NCBI GenBank assembly: GCA_963728205.1
Contig: CAVSIV010000006.1
Span: forward strand, 416,001-480,000
Length of the DNA stretch: 64,000 nucleotides
From: an uncultured Chloroflexia bacterium
GTDB taxonomy: Bacteria; Chloroflexota; Dehalococcoidia; UBA2979
Reading direction: 5' to 3'
Shown: positions 20,386 to 32,286 of the stretch, in pieces
How the letters are laid out: each line of letters opens with the position of its first letter
Position numbering within the stretch: position 1 is the first letter of the stretch
Position numbers and translations under genes: made by a program
Notes under the pieces: model-generated
What the model was told of the DNA's origin: nothing
The model's input: the letters and a program-made list of their open reading frames with translations, nothing else
Databases searched by the model: none

Positions 20386-21861
20386 CTATGATGGCCGGCG
20401 CCACGAACCGTCCGGCTGCCACGCGAACGACGTCGGCGAAAGGATGGGACCAATCTCCACCGCGTGGCCGCCGTCGAGGTCGGAGATCCACAGGGTTCCG
20501 CTCCCGCCGGCCGCGATCTCCGTATACGCCACGCGCTCCAGGTCGGGAGCCAGGGCGAACCACCGACCCGGCCCCGCCGGCCCCTCGATCTCGGGGCGGC
20601 GCACGGCCGAGCGCGCCACGCGGGTGACGGCGCCGCCATCGGCCGCGGAGCACTCGACCGGGTCGGGCTGCCCCTGACCGGCATTCGGGCGCCAGCAAAC
20701 GCGCGCACTGTCGCCCGAGAAGACAAACGACGGCGGATCTCCTTCGCCGTGGAGATCGAACTGCGCGCCCAGCTGGTGAAGGGCGCCGGTCCCCAGGTCG
20801 AGCACGACGACGTGCGGCGAAGCGGGATCGACGTCGTACTGGAGCACCGCGACGTGCTCGGCGTCCGGCGCGATCGCCCACGAGGTCACCCCCGGGAGCG
20901 GGTCGCGTGCGGGCCGACCCGTCGCCGCGTCGACGAAGTGCAGCGTGCTGTCGACCGTCGACGCGAGGAGCAGCCATGCGCCGCCATGCATCCACTCGAG
21001 CCCGCTGACGGACCCCCAGGCGAAGCCGTCGAGCCCGACGGTGTGCAGCGCGGAACACGAAGCCCCGGCGACGAAGTTGCAGACCTTCAGGCCTTCCTCA
21101 GACGGGTAAGCCAGTCGGGCGCCGTCGCGCGTCCACGCGAAGGCTCCGCCGGGCCCCGGCGATGCGTACGCGTCGTCGATGCTGAGCACGTGCGCACCGT
21201 CGCGATCAACGATGCCGGCGGAGTAGGAGCTCGGTCGACCGTAGACGAGGAAGCGCCCCGTCGAGTCCCACGACAGTCCGCCGATGGCGCCGTCGACCCG
21301 GGCGACGAGGTGGCCGGCCGCATCCCGCAGCTCAACCCCTCCGTTGGTCGCGCAGGCCACTACCCGGCCGTCGGGCGCGGGTCGCGCGTCCACGCGGCAC
21401 TGGCCGATCCCGAAGACCATGTGCGCGTCGCCGGCGGAGTCGGAGCCGACGACGCCATCGAGGCCCGTCTCGCAGAAGACGTGCGACCCGTCCGCCGACC
21501 AGAGCACCGCCTGCAAGCGGGGGTTCTCGAGCGGGCCGCAGCCCGACGCGAGCTTGCGTCGGGCGCCCGTGGAGATGTCGACGTAGACGAGGTTACCGTC
21601 GACGTCGACGTAGGCGATGCCGTGCGCGGCGCCGGTCGGCGCGAGGCCGAGGAGCGGAGCGAACGGTCCGGTGCGAGGCGTCGCGCCGGTCACCGGCGAG
21701 CCGCTCGCTGCGCCGTCGGGCGTCGCGGTCGCTGGGGGCGCGGTCCGGACGGCGGTCGTGGACGGCGTCGTCGAGGAAGGGTGCGGCGAGCGACCCGCGC
21801 AGCCCATCAGCGCGATCATCGCAACGACTACGAGCAGCCAACCGCGCAGGTGGGGGCTCAA
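20386..21861 (-). CDS. TolB-like beta-propeller lipoprotein
   Basis: Lipobox ALMGC; WSADGSHV, SWDSTGRFLVY, FAWTRDGARLAY, FAWQPDG; start codon uncertain. Confidence 0.72.
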   Translation of the reverse strand: MSPHLRGWLLVVVAMIALMGCAGRSPHPSSTTPSTTAVRTAPPATATPDGAASGSPVTGATPRTGPFAPLLGLAPTGAAHGIAYVDVDGNLVYVDISTGARRKLASGCGPLENPRLQAVLWSADGSHVFCETGLDGVVGSDSAGDAHMVFGIGQCRVDARPAPDGRVVACATNGGVELRDAAGHLVARVDGAIGGLSWDSTGRFLVYGRPSSYSAGIVDRDGAHVLSIDDAYASPGPGGAFAWTRDGARLAYPSEEGLKVCNFVAGASCSALHTVGLDGFAWGSVSGLEWMHGGAWLLLASTVDSTLHFVDAATGRPARDPLPGVTSWAIAPDAEHVAVLQYDVDPASPHVVVLDLGTGALHQLGAQFDLHGEGDPPSFVFSGDSARVCWRPNAGQGQPDPVECSAADGGAVTRVARSAVRRPEIEGPAGPGRWFALAPDLERVAYTEIAAGGSGTLWISDLDGGHAVEIGPILSPTSFAWQPDGSWRRPS

Positions 21862-21959
21862 CGGCGTCTCACATCTCCCTTCCTGAACGACAATGCCGGA
21901 CGTCGAGTTCCGCAGGATCGTCTCGTGCCGCACTCCGTCGGGCGTGAGTGGCTCATCGC

Positions 21960-23175
21960 CAGCCGGCTACGCTCGGCCGCGGTCGCGTCGGCGCGCGCCG
22001 CGTCCCGTGACGGCGCGGCCGGCGACAACGACGCTTGCCGCGAACACTGCGAGCATCGCCCGATGCGGGGCACCACCCAGCCGCCCGCAACGGTTCGCGT
22101 GCTCGACGTCGTGACGGGCGCCATCACGGTCAGTCCCACGCCCACCCCCGGGGTACGACGCTCGGTGGGCGAGGGATTCGCTGCACCTGCTCATCGCCTG
22201 GGCGCACGGCGCTGAGCCGAGACAACTCGCGGCCGTGAATCCCACCTCGTCGGTCATCGCACAGCCGCGAGGTTCAGCAGCGCATCGACGACCGCCCGGC
22301 CCGTCTGGTCGATCTGCGCGGGGTACATCAGCGCCAGGTTCGCAACGCCGTATGCCGTCGCGCCGAGGCCGAGGCTCCCGCGGAGCGAACTCGCGCGGCC
22401 GTCCGCGTCCACGGCCCATCCGCGGCGCGCGCCGCGACGGATGGGTACACCCAGAGCTGAAAGCTCCCCGACCTACCGCCCCCGGTGCTGAAGTTGTAGT
22501 TGATCCCGCGCCGGCAGCCGTCACCTCGCGGGCAGAGCGAGATCGCCTCATCGGTCGGGAACGCGATGATCCCCCGCGACGCCAGCGCCGCGATGAGATC
22601 GCCGCCCCCGAGTGGCTATTCGGCTTGCGGTGCTATCGGGCCTGCCGCGTCGCCGTCCATCCCTGCGGCTCCAGCCGTGGAAGCAGCGCCAGCCGACGTC
22701 GCAGTCGCGGTGGGAGTCGCGCCCCGGTCCGCCACCGGCACGTCTCGCGACAGCAACCTCGACCCGAGGTCTCCGTCGACCGTCACGCTAAAGAGCCAGA
22801 GCCTCACGGGCTGCCGACGGCAACCCTCGCCGACCGGGAAGTGAGATACGTGGAGCTCCGCTCGCCCATCCGCGTCGACCGAGACCCGCCCGAGCTCCGC
22901 ATACGCGTCGCCGGAGACCTGCCAGACGAATGCGACATGAGAACCGGGGTAAGCCGCTCCGCCGTGAGATCAGCATCTCCGCGACACGTCAACGGCGTGG
23001 GTTTGACCACGAGCGCGTCATCTTCGGATGCGGGCACGGCGGCGGACGTCGACGTTGGTGTCGCGTCCCTTGCCGGTGTGCAGGCCGTCACGAAGACGAC
23101 GGCGATAGCGACGAGCGTCGCCGCCCGACATGGCCTCCGCGCTCCGCGTTCACGCCCCTCGGCCGGCCGGGTCAT
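21960..23175 (-). pseudogene. Heavily frameshifted lipoprotein gene(s)
   Basis: ATG 23175 gives ..LVAIAVVFVTAC plus a T/S linker; coding sense is then broken across frames. Confidence 0.45.
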
Positions 23176-25230
23176 GACGGCTGGTCCAGCCGTTGCTGGT
23201 AGCTGCCGTCGGCGGGCGCGAGCCAGAGCGAGCTGCCACCACCCGGCGGCGTCGACCAGAAGACGACGAACCGGCCGTCGGGGGTCCACTGCGGGGCGTA
23301 GTCGTCGTTCGCGTCGTGGCAGACCCGGGTCACACCGGAGCCGTCGGTGCGCGCGACGAAGACCTGCACGTGGCCTCCGCAGCCGAGAGGAAGGCACGCG
23401 GCTGCCATCGGGCGAGGCCGCGGCGTGGACCCCCCGCATCGGGAAGCGGCGGCGGGGTCGTCGGTGAGGTTCACGAGACCGCTCCCGTCGGCATCCATCA
23501 CGAAGAGGTCCCAGTTCCCGGTGCGCTCGGAGAAGAAGGCGACGCGGCCGTCGGGCAACCACGCCGGATCGATGTCGTGACCCGGGCCCGGGGTGAGGTT
23601 CGTCGCCGCGCCCGTCGCTGCGTCCATGACGAAGATGTCGGGCTCGCGCGAGTCGCGCGTCGATGCGAAGACCAAGCGCCTGCCGTCGGGCGACCACGCG
23701 GGGCCGCCGTCGTAGGCGCCGGTCGCGGGCATGGCACGCACGGCGCCGGTGCCGACGTCGACCACCAGAATGTGCGTCGGCGCGCCCGGGAGCGCGTTCG
23801 GCTCGACGCTGTCCATCACCGCGAGCCGCGTGCCGTCGGGCGACCACGAGGGCGCCACGGGATCTTCCTCGCCGTTGAGCGGTGCGAGGAGTCGGTGGCC
23901 GGAGCCATCGGCGTTCGCCACCGCGAGGTGCCAGTTCTCGATGAACGCGAGCCGCGAGCAATCGGGCGACCAGGCCGCGAGCCAGGGCGGCGACACGCTC
24001 CCCGGGCACGGCTCGAACGGGTCGAGGCGCGTCACTACGAGCGGGCTGCCTTCGCACGACACCGCGATGCGCGTCGACGGGTCCGGGCGCGCGGACGCCG
24101 GCCGCGTCGAGCGCGCGATGCGCAGGAGCTCGTCGAGCGACGCACGTCACTCTCGAGCACGGCGGCGCGCCGGCGCGGAGTCCCAGCGGGGCGTCGCGTA
24201 CGTCGAGAGCGCGGCGTAGCCATCGAGCCCGGCGATCGAGACGCGGTCGCCGATGCGCAGCGCCGCCATGAAGTTGTCGAAGGCACGAGCTCGCACCGGT
24301 GAGATCGTGCCGGCCGCCGACCGGAGGGACGCGAAGGCGGCGATGGTGCGGCACGCGCTGTCGCCGGTCGACCCCGACCCGCCAACCGAGTACCCGCTCG
24401 TGGAGACGTCGGACAGGGGAAGCTGCCGAGTTCGAAGGTCGGGAGGCGTTCGACGCACCGTGGCAGGATGTGGCACCCCTCCGGCGGATCGGTAGCGCCG
24501 TGCCGACGGGGTGAACCGGAGCAGCGGGGGCGAGGTCGACCCGGGTCGAAGCGCGCGGACGCAGAGGAAGATCGCCGGCCCAGACCGACTCACTTCCCCG
24601 CCGAAGATCTCAGGACCAGCGAGCCAGGTCGGCCGGCGCCGCCGGACCGCCCCTGACGTCGAGCCGGAGCCGTGGCGCCCGTGCCGGGGCGCCAGACGGC
24701 GGCAGCGGACGAAGATCGGGCGAGCAGGGTCGCGGCCGATAACCCGGAGCGTCCCCCGCGGGGATTCACTGTCGGAGAAGGCACGGAGGCTGGTCGCCGT
24801 GACCGGGCCGACCATCGGTACGACGACCGGGCCGGGGTAGTCGTAGGCGACCTCGGCCGGCAGATCGGAGCGATGGTACTTGCGTGGCGGTCGTCGAAGG
24901 TCCAGCGTGACGTGCCGTCGGTGACCGTCAGCAGCGTGCCTGCATCGAGTGCCGGGTTGGTGTACTGCACTTCCGCGCGGCCCAGTCGCGGCGACTGGTA
25001 CCACCAGCGCATGGTCTCGGACGGCGAGCCGGCAAACGGTGCCGTCGGGGCAGCGAACCGGCGGATGAGTCGGTCGCCTCGATCGTCGCCTCGAGGTAGA
25101 ACGGGTGGCCCGCGGAAGGCCTCATCGCGCCTCTCGCCTCAGAGTGGACGGCGTGTTGCCGAGACCGTACGCGACGACCGGCGGCCGCGCGTCAGCATCG
25201 TCCCGCCCGCCAGACCTGCGCGCCCGCCCG
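23172..25230 (-). pseudogene. Frameshifted paralogue of the 3439-5625 LolA-like + TolB gene
   Basis: PFYLEATI, RWWYQSP..NPALDAGT..TDG, VEPNALPGAPTHILVVDV, PAWSPDGRRL and DGSYQQRLD match 3439-5625; DNA is visibly similar. Confidence 0.8.
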
Positions 25231-25245
25231 GCCGCGTGCCCTCCT

Positions 25246-27916
25246 TCACAGCCCGCCGCCCCATGCCACCACCAGCCGCGAGCCGTCGGCGCTCCAGCGC
25301 AGGGTCGACGGGCTCGTGTCCGTGTCGACCAGCACGCGGTCGTCGCCCGTCGCGAGGTCGAGCACGTGGACGGAGGCGTCGGTCACGTACGCGAGCCGCA
25401 TGCCGTCGGGCGACCACCTGACGACGTGGGACCCGAGGCAGCGCGGTTGCGTGAGCAGCGGGTGGTCGATGTACCCCGACGAGCACGGCGGCGGCAGCGT
25501 GCCGTCCCAGGATGTGGCGACCGCCGCGAGACCGACCGGCGTCCACGTCACAATCGCCCCCGGCCACCGCCCACGCCCGACGATCGCACCGGTCGCGGCG
25601 TCGAGCGCGACCGTCTCGCCCACGCTCCCATCCACCGCGCCGGCCCCCGGCGCGAGCAGCAGCCGTCCGGTCTCGTCGAGTCGCAGGTCGCCCTGCTGTG
25701 CGAGGCCCGACGCGAGGACCTGCACCGCGCCCGTCGCCGCATCCATCGTGACGACGTCGCCGCCGCCCAGGAACGCGAAGCGGTCGCCGGACAGCCACAC
25801 CGGCGGTGCGGTGAGCCGCGCCGGCGGCCCGCCCGCAGCCGCGACCAGGTACTCGCCGCCCGCGTCGCCGCCGGGCTGGCCGCCGTAGTCGTGGTACGCG
25901 ATGAAGCGTCCCGAGGACGACCAGGACGGCGGTGCGCTGCCGTCGCACTGGCAGGGATCGACATTGGTGGCCACGACCGTCTGCACGCCGGTTGCAATCT
26001 CGAGGACGGTCAGCGCACCGGCGTTCGTCACACGGTCGACGGCGTAATAGGCGACGCGGTCGCCGCTCGGCGAGAACGTCGGAAGGGCGTTGCGACCGGC
26101 CAGCACGCGACGGACATCGCCCCGCGCTACCACGAGCGTGCCGTCCGAGCGCCTGTAGTACGCGCGGCTCTGCGCGTCGCGCGACTCCACGACGCCGGCC
26201 GCGCCGGGGATCGTCGCGAGCGCAGTCCCGTCGAGCGCGTAGCGCGTCGCGCCCTCCGTGCTGCTGGTGCTGATCCAGATCGCGTCGCGGGCGGGGACGA
26301 GGTCGGGGTAGAAGGCGTTCGAGAGGTAGTAGGGGCCGGGGCCGTCGTAGAGCACGTCGTGCGCGCCGGTACCAACATTGACGGACCACACGGCCACGTT
26401 CTGCGTGACAGGAACCGGCGTGAGCGACGGGCTGGAGGACGCCGAGCGGTCGGGCGGCGCGTCGAGCCCGGTGCCCCACGAGATGAGCACGTGCGCGCCG
26501 GCGGGATCCCACGACAGGTGCGCGCTGTGCGCGGGCATGTCGATGCGGCGCTCGTCGCCGGTCGCAACGTCGCGGATGCGGACGTCGCCCTCCTCGCCGA
26601 ACGCGAGCCGCGTCCCGTCCGGGGACCACGCGAGCGGCGGGAGCGCCTGGTGCGCGTCGATCCTCGTCGACCGCGCCCGTCGCCGTGTCCACCAGCGTGA
26701 TCGCGAGCGACCGGGAGAACGCGACGTAGCGCCCGTCCGGAGACCATGTCGCCCTTCCGCCGCCGACGCAGACGGGTTCGGGGAGAGTCGGGGCTTCGAC
26801 GCGACCGGTGGCGCACGGATCCTTCGAGACGGAATCGCTCGCGACAGAGGCACGATCGGGGTGGCCGGGCGCGACCGTCGCCTCGCCGTCCCACTGCCGC
26901 ACGACCGCGCCACTCTGCGAGTCGAAGACGGTCGTCGTGCGTCCGGCGGCTGCGCGGTTCGTGACAATCACGACGCCCGAGGGATCGACGGACAAGGACG
27001 GGCCGACGACGGACGTCGCAAGCGTGCGCTCGGCGCCGGTCGCAGCATCCCGCAGCAGCACATGCCCGTCCCGCAGGACCGCCAGTCGATCGGTGCCCGG
27101 GATCCAGTCGAGCTGGCCGCCCGGTCCCGCCACGCGCGTCGGCGCGGCGCCGGGCGCGGCGAGCGACACCAGGTAGCTGCCGGCGGTGCTCTGCCCTGGC
27201 ACGCCACAGTCGCCGTCAAGCAAGTAGGCGCCGGACGACGACCACCTCGGCGCCACCAGTCCGATCTCCGAGGAGCACGAACCGATGCCCTGCTGGTAAG
27301 TGGTGCGCTCGCCGCTCGCGACGTCGAGGACGATGAGCGAGTACGTGCGGCTGACGAGGTTCTCCTGGAAGAACGCGAGCCGCGTGCCGTCGGGGGAGAA
27401 CGACGGCGCCGTGTCGGGGCCCTCGATCTGCCGCTGCACCTCGCCGCGCTCGACCACGAGGGTCGTGCCGGCATCGGTGAAGTACGCGCGGCTGCGGCCG
27501 TCGGCGGACTCGATCACGCTCGTGGCGTCGCGGATCACTGTCTGAGCCTCGCCGTCAGGGCCGAAGCGCGTCGCGGGCCCGCCCGGGGGGCTCAGCCACA
27601 CCGCGTCGCCGCGCGGGACGAACGTGGGAGCGAAGCGGGCGATGCGGAGGGGGCGCTCGCCCTGGTAGAGGAGGGCGTGCTCGCCGGTGGCGGCGTCCGC
27701 GACCCAGACGCCGACCGCGGGGAACTCCGCCGAGGCCGTGCCGGCCGGCGTGGCGGTGGCGGCGGGCGGCGCCGTCGCGGAGACGGCCGGCGCGGCGGTC
27801 GCACTCGCGCTCGGTGCCGCGGGCGCGCGCGGGCCGGCCAGCACGACGACGGCGATCGCCGTCGCGAGCGCGAGACCGACCGCGAGAGCCGCGGCGGCGG
27901 GCCAGGCGGACCGCAT
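25246..27916 (-). CDS. Membrane-anchored protein with two tandem TolB-like propeller units; frameshift near 26670
   Basis: Both halves share VWxxxxxTGxHxxLYxG..P..DAVW/DAIW..ATRF/ATRY..ESxDxxSRAY..PxFSPxGxR..C..PxWSSSG. Confidence 0.75.
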
Positions 27917-28659
27917 CAACGGCGCTCGACGCGAGCCGCGCACGCCCCCGCCGGCTCCGCGACCGTCGCGCCCGCAGGCACGGGCGACGCGAACAGCGCG
28001 GGGTCGATCGCGACGCCCTGCTCGAACCGCGTGACCGTCTCGGAGAGGGACGGCCCGCCGTCCGCCGGGTCGAACCTCGCGCGCAGGATCACCATCGTCT
28101 CCGGGTCGACCCAGAGCCGGCCCACCCCGGATCCAACCACCAGGTGCGGCCCCGGTGGCGGGCCATGCACCAGGCCGACGTCCGCGGTCGCGCGGTACTC
28201 GAGGACGTCGACCGCGCGGCCGAGCATGCGGTCGTGGCCGACGACGCGCAGCGCGCCGGCGGCGGCCGGCCAGTGGTCGATGAGGGACCGCACGTTCGGC
28301 GCCGCGACCGGCCCGATCGGAAGCAGGAACGCCGGCGCGCGGATGGTGCGGGCGGAGGTCTGCGCAGGAACGCACGTGTATGCCGGGACGCCGCCCGCCA
28401 CGGAGGTCCACTCGGTCGTGCCGTCGTCGACGTACGTGCGCGCGCCGACGGGCGCGGCCGAGCCGACCTCCCAGCGCCAGCGGTCGTTCGACTGGTACCA
28501 CCAGCGGAAGGTCGACCCCATCTCGAGGTAGAACGGCGCGCCCGCGGCGCGCGGCGTCGCGCGGGCGCCCGGGTCGAGCAGCACGACCACCGCCACGGCG
28601 GCGGCGAGCGCGAGGCCGCCGGCGAGGGCGAGCGCGGCGCGACGAGTGAATGACGTCAC
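27916..28659 (-). CDS. Stand-alone LolA-like membrane-anchored protein
   Basis: TM; PFYLE..FRWWYQSNDRWRWE; GRLWVDPETMVILR; LFASPVPAGATV. Confidence 0.7.
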   Translation of the reverse strand: MTSFTRRAALALAGGLALAAAVAVVVLLDPGARATPRAAGAPFYLEMGSTFRWWYQSNDRWRWEVGSAAPVGARTYVDDGTTEWTSVAGGVPAYTCVPAQTSARTIRAPAFLLPIGPVAAPNVRSLIDHWPAAAGALRVVGHDRMLGRAVDVLEYRATADVGLVHGPPPGPHLVVGSGVGRLWVDPETMVILRARFDPADGGPSLSETVTRFEQGVAIDPALFASPVPAGATVAEPAGACAARVERR

Positions 28660-28946
28660 GTGTGCACCGTCGGATCCCCGGGCCGCCGCATCGAGGCGGC
28701 TCGCAGCAGCACCGTCATCGCGTCCCCGACTCCGCCCGGCGCGGCGCAACCATCGCGCGATCGGCGCGCTGTGTCACCCCCGTGCGCGAGCGAATCTGAG
28801 CCGCTCGACCGCAGGCTTCGCCGCAGCCTGCGAACGCACTGCCCACGCCCTTCACATGCTGCACACGCGCATTGATATCCCCGGTCGAACGGCGTAGGAA
28901 GGACGAGCATCTCGACGCCCCGGTTGGGGAAGGGTGGGGGACGACA

Positions 28947-29652
28947 ATGAAGGCAGCTCATCTCGCGGCGCGACGCGCCGTCGGCGTCCGGCGACTGTGG
29001 GTGCCGGGCACGGTGCTGGCGCTGCTCCTGGCGGCGCTCATGCTCACCGCCGGCACGGCGGCGGCGGACGGGCACGACACGCACGGCCTGCGCCTCGGCG
29101 ATCGCTCGCAGCCGACCGCCTGCAACGGCCCCGGCACCTCGCTCGTCGTGTCCGTGACGTACCGGTTCGTCAACGACTACGACTCGGCGGTCGGCGGCAC
29201 GGCGTGGGCGAACGACAGCATCCACCGCCAGCTGAAGAATCTGGCAGGAGGCCGATGGCAGCTACTGCGCGGTCGTCCGCGACACCGGCTCGTTCACGAC
29301 CTTCGCCGGCCCGAGCCCGCAGGGGACCGGGACGGTCGAGGCCGGCATCACCGGCAACACCGAGGGCGGGTACGTCGCGACGATCCAGGGCACCTTCGCG
29401 CCGGGCGTCTACGCGACGCACGGCAACCTCGGGACGTTCGACCTGCAGTGCACGAGCGCATCCGCGTGCCCGGGCGCGCACCCGTCGTTCCTGAGCTACT
29501 TCGCGGCAGGCGCGACGTACGACCTGCCGACGTGGGGCTGGATCTACCGCACGCCGCGCAACGGCACGTGGGTGAACCAGGCGACCGGGAACGTGGGCGA
29601 CATCACGGGCGCCGCGGGACCGTCGGGACACCACGAGGGGCACGACCACTAG
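28947..29652 (+). CDS. Secreted hypothetical protein with His-rich C-terminus; frameshift near 29240
   Basis: Signal peptide ..LMLTAGTAAA; after the shift WQEADGSYCAVVRDTGSF..WGWIY..GHHEGHDH*. Confidence 0.65.
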
Positions 29653-29678
29653 TCGCGCGATCACGCTCCAGGCAATCC

Positions 29679-29715
29679 GAGAGGCCCGGTGAGCCGGAAC
29701 GGCCCCGGGCCTCTC
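29679..29715 (+). terminator. Putative intrinsic terminator
   Basis: gagaggcccgg...ccgggcctctc followed by gccgttctct. Confidence 0.55.
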
Positions 29716-29767
29716 GCCGTTCTCTGAGTGACGCACTCCGGCGCCGAGCACCGGCAGGGGCCGTGCG

Positions 29768-31204
29768 ATGTCCCGTCTCGCGATACGCGTATCGCTCGTC
29801 CCGCTGATCCTCCTGGCCGCAGCCTGCACCAGGGGGCCCACCGCGACGTCGACTCCTTCGCCCCCTCCCGCGCCAACTGCTGCCGGCACCACCGGCGTGT
29901 CGCCGTCGCCGTCTTCGTCCCCGTCCGCGTCCGCGTCCGGCGTGGCGTCGACGCAGCCGCCCACGCGCGCCACTCCAGCGCCGACGCCGACCCCGGGCGC
30001 GGAGAACGGGCTGCTCCTCGTCGACGCCGACACGCTCGCCGTGCACATGCTCTTCGAGGGCGACGGAGCGGCCGTCGCGATCCGCTTCGCCGACGACGGC
30101 AGCGCCTGGATACGCACGCCGAGCCACCAGTACGTGCGCTTCGGGCCGGACGGGACGCGCGTCGAGGAGAGCGACACCTACCCGGCGCCGGCCCCCGCGA
30201 CACCGGCGCCGACGTGTCAGCAGACTCAGCCCGGCGACCTGCACGCCACGATCGACGGCGTCGCCTACCACGCGAACTGCGGGTCGTTCTCCGCGGGCGG
30301 CGCGCACATGCTCTACAACGTCGACCTCGTGCCGAACGCGGCGAGCACCATCCATGGCGCGTACGAGAACTGGGTGCTCGACCTCGCCACGGGCGCCACC
30401 ACCCGCGTCGACGCCACCCTCCACCATTGCGGCGGCTGCGACCTCCGCGAAGGCCCGAGCTGGTCGCCGTCCGGTCGCTACCTGATCGTCACCGAGACCG
30501 GCGGCCACGCGGTCTACCTCTACGACGCCGAGCGCCGCACGACGCGCCTGCTCGGCGACGGCCACGGGATGGGCGGCTTCCTGCGCACGCCGTCGTGGTC
30601 ACCCGACGGCGATCGTCTGCTCTACCCCGACGGCGCGAACGGCACGGTGCTGGAGGACCTCGACCGCGGCACCGTCATCGACATCCCCGCGGTGGCGTGG
30701 CCCGCGGGCTGGGCATGGCAGACCCCGTCGCTGATCTACTCGCCCATGGACCCGGGCATGGCGGAGCAGACCACGGTGGCCGACCCGGTGACGGGCGCGG
30801 TCCTGGGGCGCTGGGCGGGGAGCGCGGTGCGCGGCGTGTTCTTCGACGCGCGTCTCGACGAGCGGGGCATCGCTCGCTACCGGGGGCAGCCCGCCGCGCT
30901 GCTCTCGGGAGCGCCGGACTGCGGCGGGATCCGTGTCGAGCACCCGCTCGTCGGGCCGGACGGCCTCTGCCTCCGCGACGCGCACGGCGCCGTCTTCTCC
31001 CCCGACGCGACGCAGGTGGCGTTCGCGCGCTTCGCGTCGAGCGCCTCGCGGGCGGCGTGGGAGATCGCGGTCGTCGATCTCGCGACCGGCGCGGAGCGGA
31101 CGGTGCCGCACGCGCCGATCGAGACGGACGTGCAGCCGCCGCTGGTGCGGTGGTCGCCGACGGGAGCGACGATTCTCGTGGAGTGGCCGGCGCCGGGGTT
31201 GTAG
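29768..31204 (+). CDS. TolB-like beta-propeller lipoprotein with CGGC motif
   Basis: Lipobox LAAAC; CGGCD..PSWSPSGRY; PSWSPDGDRL; FSPDATQVAF; RWSPTG. Confidence 0.8.
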   Translation: MSRLAIRVSLVPLILLAAACTRGPTATSTPSPPPAPTAAGTTGVSPSPSSSPSASASGVASTQPPTRATPAPTPTPGAENGLLLVDADTLAVHMLFEGDGAAVAIRFADDGSAWIRTPSHQYVRFGPDGTRVEESDTYPAPAPATPAPTCQQTQPGDLHATIDGVAYHANCGSFSAGGAHMLYNVDLVPNAASTIHGAYENWVLDLATGATTRVDATLHHCGGCDLREGPSWSPSGRYLIVTETGGHAVYLYDAERRTTRLLGDGHGMGGFLRTPSWSPDGDRLLYPDGANGTVLEDLDRGTVIDIPAVAWPAGWAWQTPSLIYSPMDPGMAEQTTVADPVTGAVLGRWAGSAVRGVFFDARLDERGIARYRGQPAALLSGAPDCGGIRVEHPLVGPDGLCLRDAHGAVFSPDATQVAFARFASSASRAAWEIAVVDLATGAERTVPHAPIETDVQPPLVRWSPTGATILVEWPAPGL

Positions 31205-31270
31205 GCCCTCGGCCGGCGCCCCCACGAGTGCAGGGCGCCTCGGGGGCGCCGTGCGCGCATGAACGTCACC

Positions 31271-31362
31271 CAAAGCGGCGGCAGATATGCCGCCGACAGA
31301 AGCGCGGCGCCAGCCGCGGACTGCGTCCGCGTCCTGTCGGCGGCGTATCTGCCGCCGCTTTG
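31271..31362 (+). repeat. Nested-palindrome extragenic element, copy 1 (REPIN-like)
   Basis: caaagcggcggcagatatgccgccgacag-spacer-ctgtcggcggcgtatctgccgccgctttg; 29-bp arms with one mismatch; each arm is itself a hairpin. Confidence 0.9.
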
Positions 31363-31480
31363 ACTTTCCGACGAGGCTTGCGGGTGACACGGCGGGCACC
31401 GCGGTCTACGGTCGCGACCGGAGCAGCGAACTCGAGCGCGACGTCCGGGGCCGGCGGCCGTCGAGGAAGCGTGGTCCTCG

Positions 31481-32272
31481 ATGCACACCTCTCGCCTCGG
31501 GATCCAGGCGGCGGCCGTCGTGGCGGCCGCGCTCCTCGCCCTCGCGGCCGTGACCGTCGCGCGGGCGCAGGCCACCACGCCGGCGCCGCCGCAGCCCGGC
31601 GACATCGCCTGGGCCTTCGCGCCGGAGAACCCGCTGTTCGACGACCGTGTCGCCGCGGCGCTCGGCACGCTGATGGAGCCGTCGATCCGCGCCGCGACCC
31701 CCTCCGGCGCGCGCATCGTGCGGCTCGAGCCGAACGGCCCCGACGTCGTGCCGGCGGCGGTCTATCCCGACACAGAGGTGCCGAAGCTCCTCGCCGCCGC
31801 CGGCTTCGGGGACCGGCCGCCGTTCGTCGAGGTGGGGCAGTGCCACGTGTGGGTCGCGCCGGTGCCGGCGGGCGTGACGCCCGCCGTGACGCCCGCCGTC
31901 GCCGCGCCAATCGTCGTCGCCGCGCTGCACGACGCGCTCGCCTCGCTTGGCGTGCCGACGACCGCGTGCGCGGAGACGAGCGACCCGGCGCACGCACAGC
32001 TGCTGGTGTGGGTCGCGGGCGGGCCCGTCCCGACGTTGACGCAGCGCAACACGGCGACGTTCCTCGCGCCCGCGTCGCCGCCGCCCGCCGCCCCGGCGCC
32101 CGCGAGCCCGCCGCCCGGGACGGGCCCGGCGCCGGCGAGCAGCGGGAACGCGGGGCTCACCGCGTCCGCCGATAATCGTGGCGCCGGAATCGCCGCGATC
32201 GGCCTGGTCGTGCTGGCGGGAGCGCTCGTCGCCGGCGGACGACGGCTCACGCGGCGGGGTGTTGCGTGCTGA
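31481..32272 (+). CDS. Secreted protein with C-terminal PxxGxAG-TM-basic anchor
   Basis: Signal peptide ..VARA; ends PASSGNAGL..GAGIAAIGLVVLAGALVAGGRRLTRR. Confidence 0.7.
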   Translation: MHTSRLGIQAAAVVAAALLALAAVTVARAQATTPAPPQPGDIAWAFAPENPLFDDRVAAALGTLMEPSIRAATPSGARIVRLEPNGPDVVPAAVYPDTEVPKLLAAAGFGDRPPFVEVGQCHVWVAPVPAGVTPAVTPAVAAPIVVAALHDALASLGVPTTACAETSDPAHAQLLVWVAGGPVPTLTQRNTATFLAPASPPPAAPAPASPPPGTGPAPASSGNAGLTASADNRGAGIAAIGLVVLAGALVAGGRRLTRRGVAC

Positions 32273-32286
32273 ACCGCGGGTAGCGG

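Noticed and set aside
3439-25230. Paralogue pair as a diversity-generating retroelement template/variable repeat
   Set aside because: No reverse transcriptase is present; divergence covers the whole gene and is not adenine-specific.
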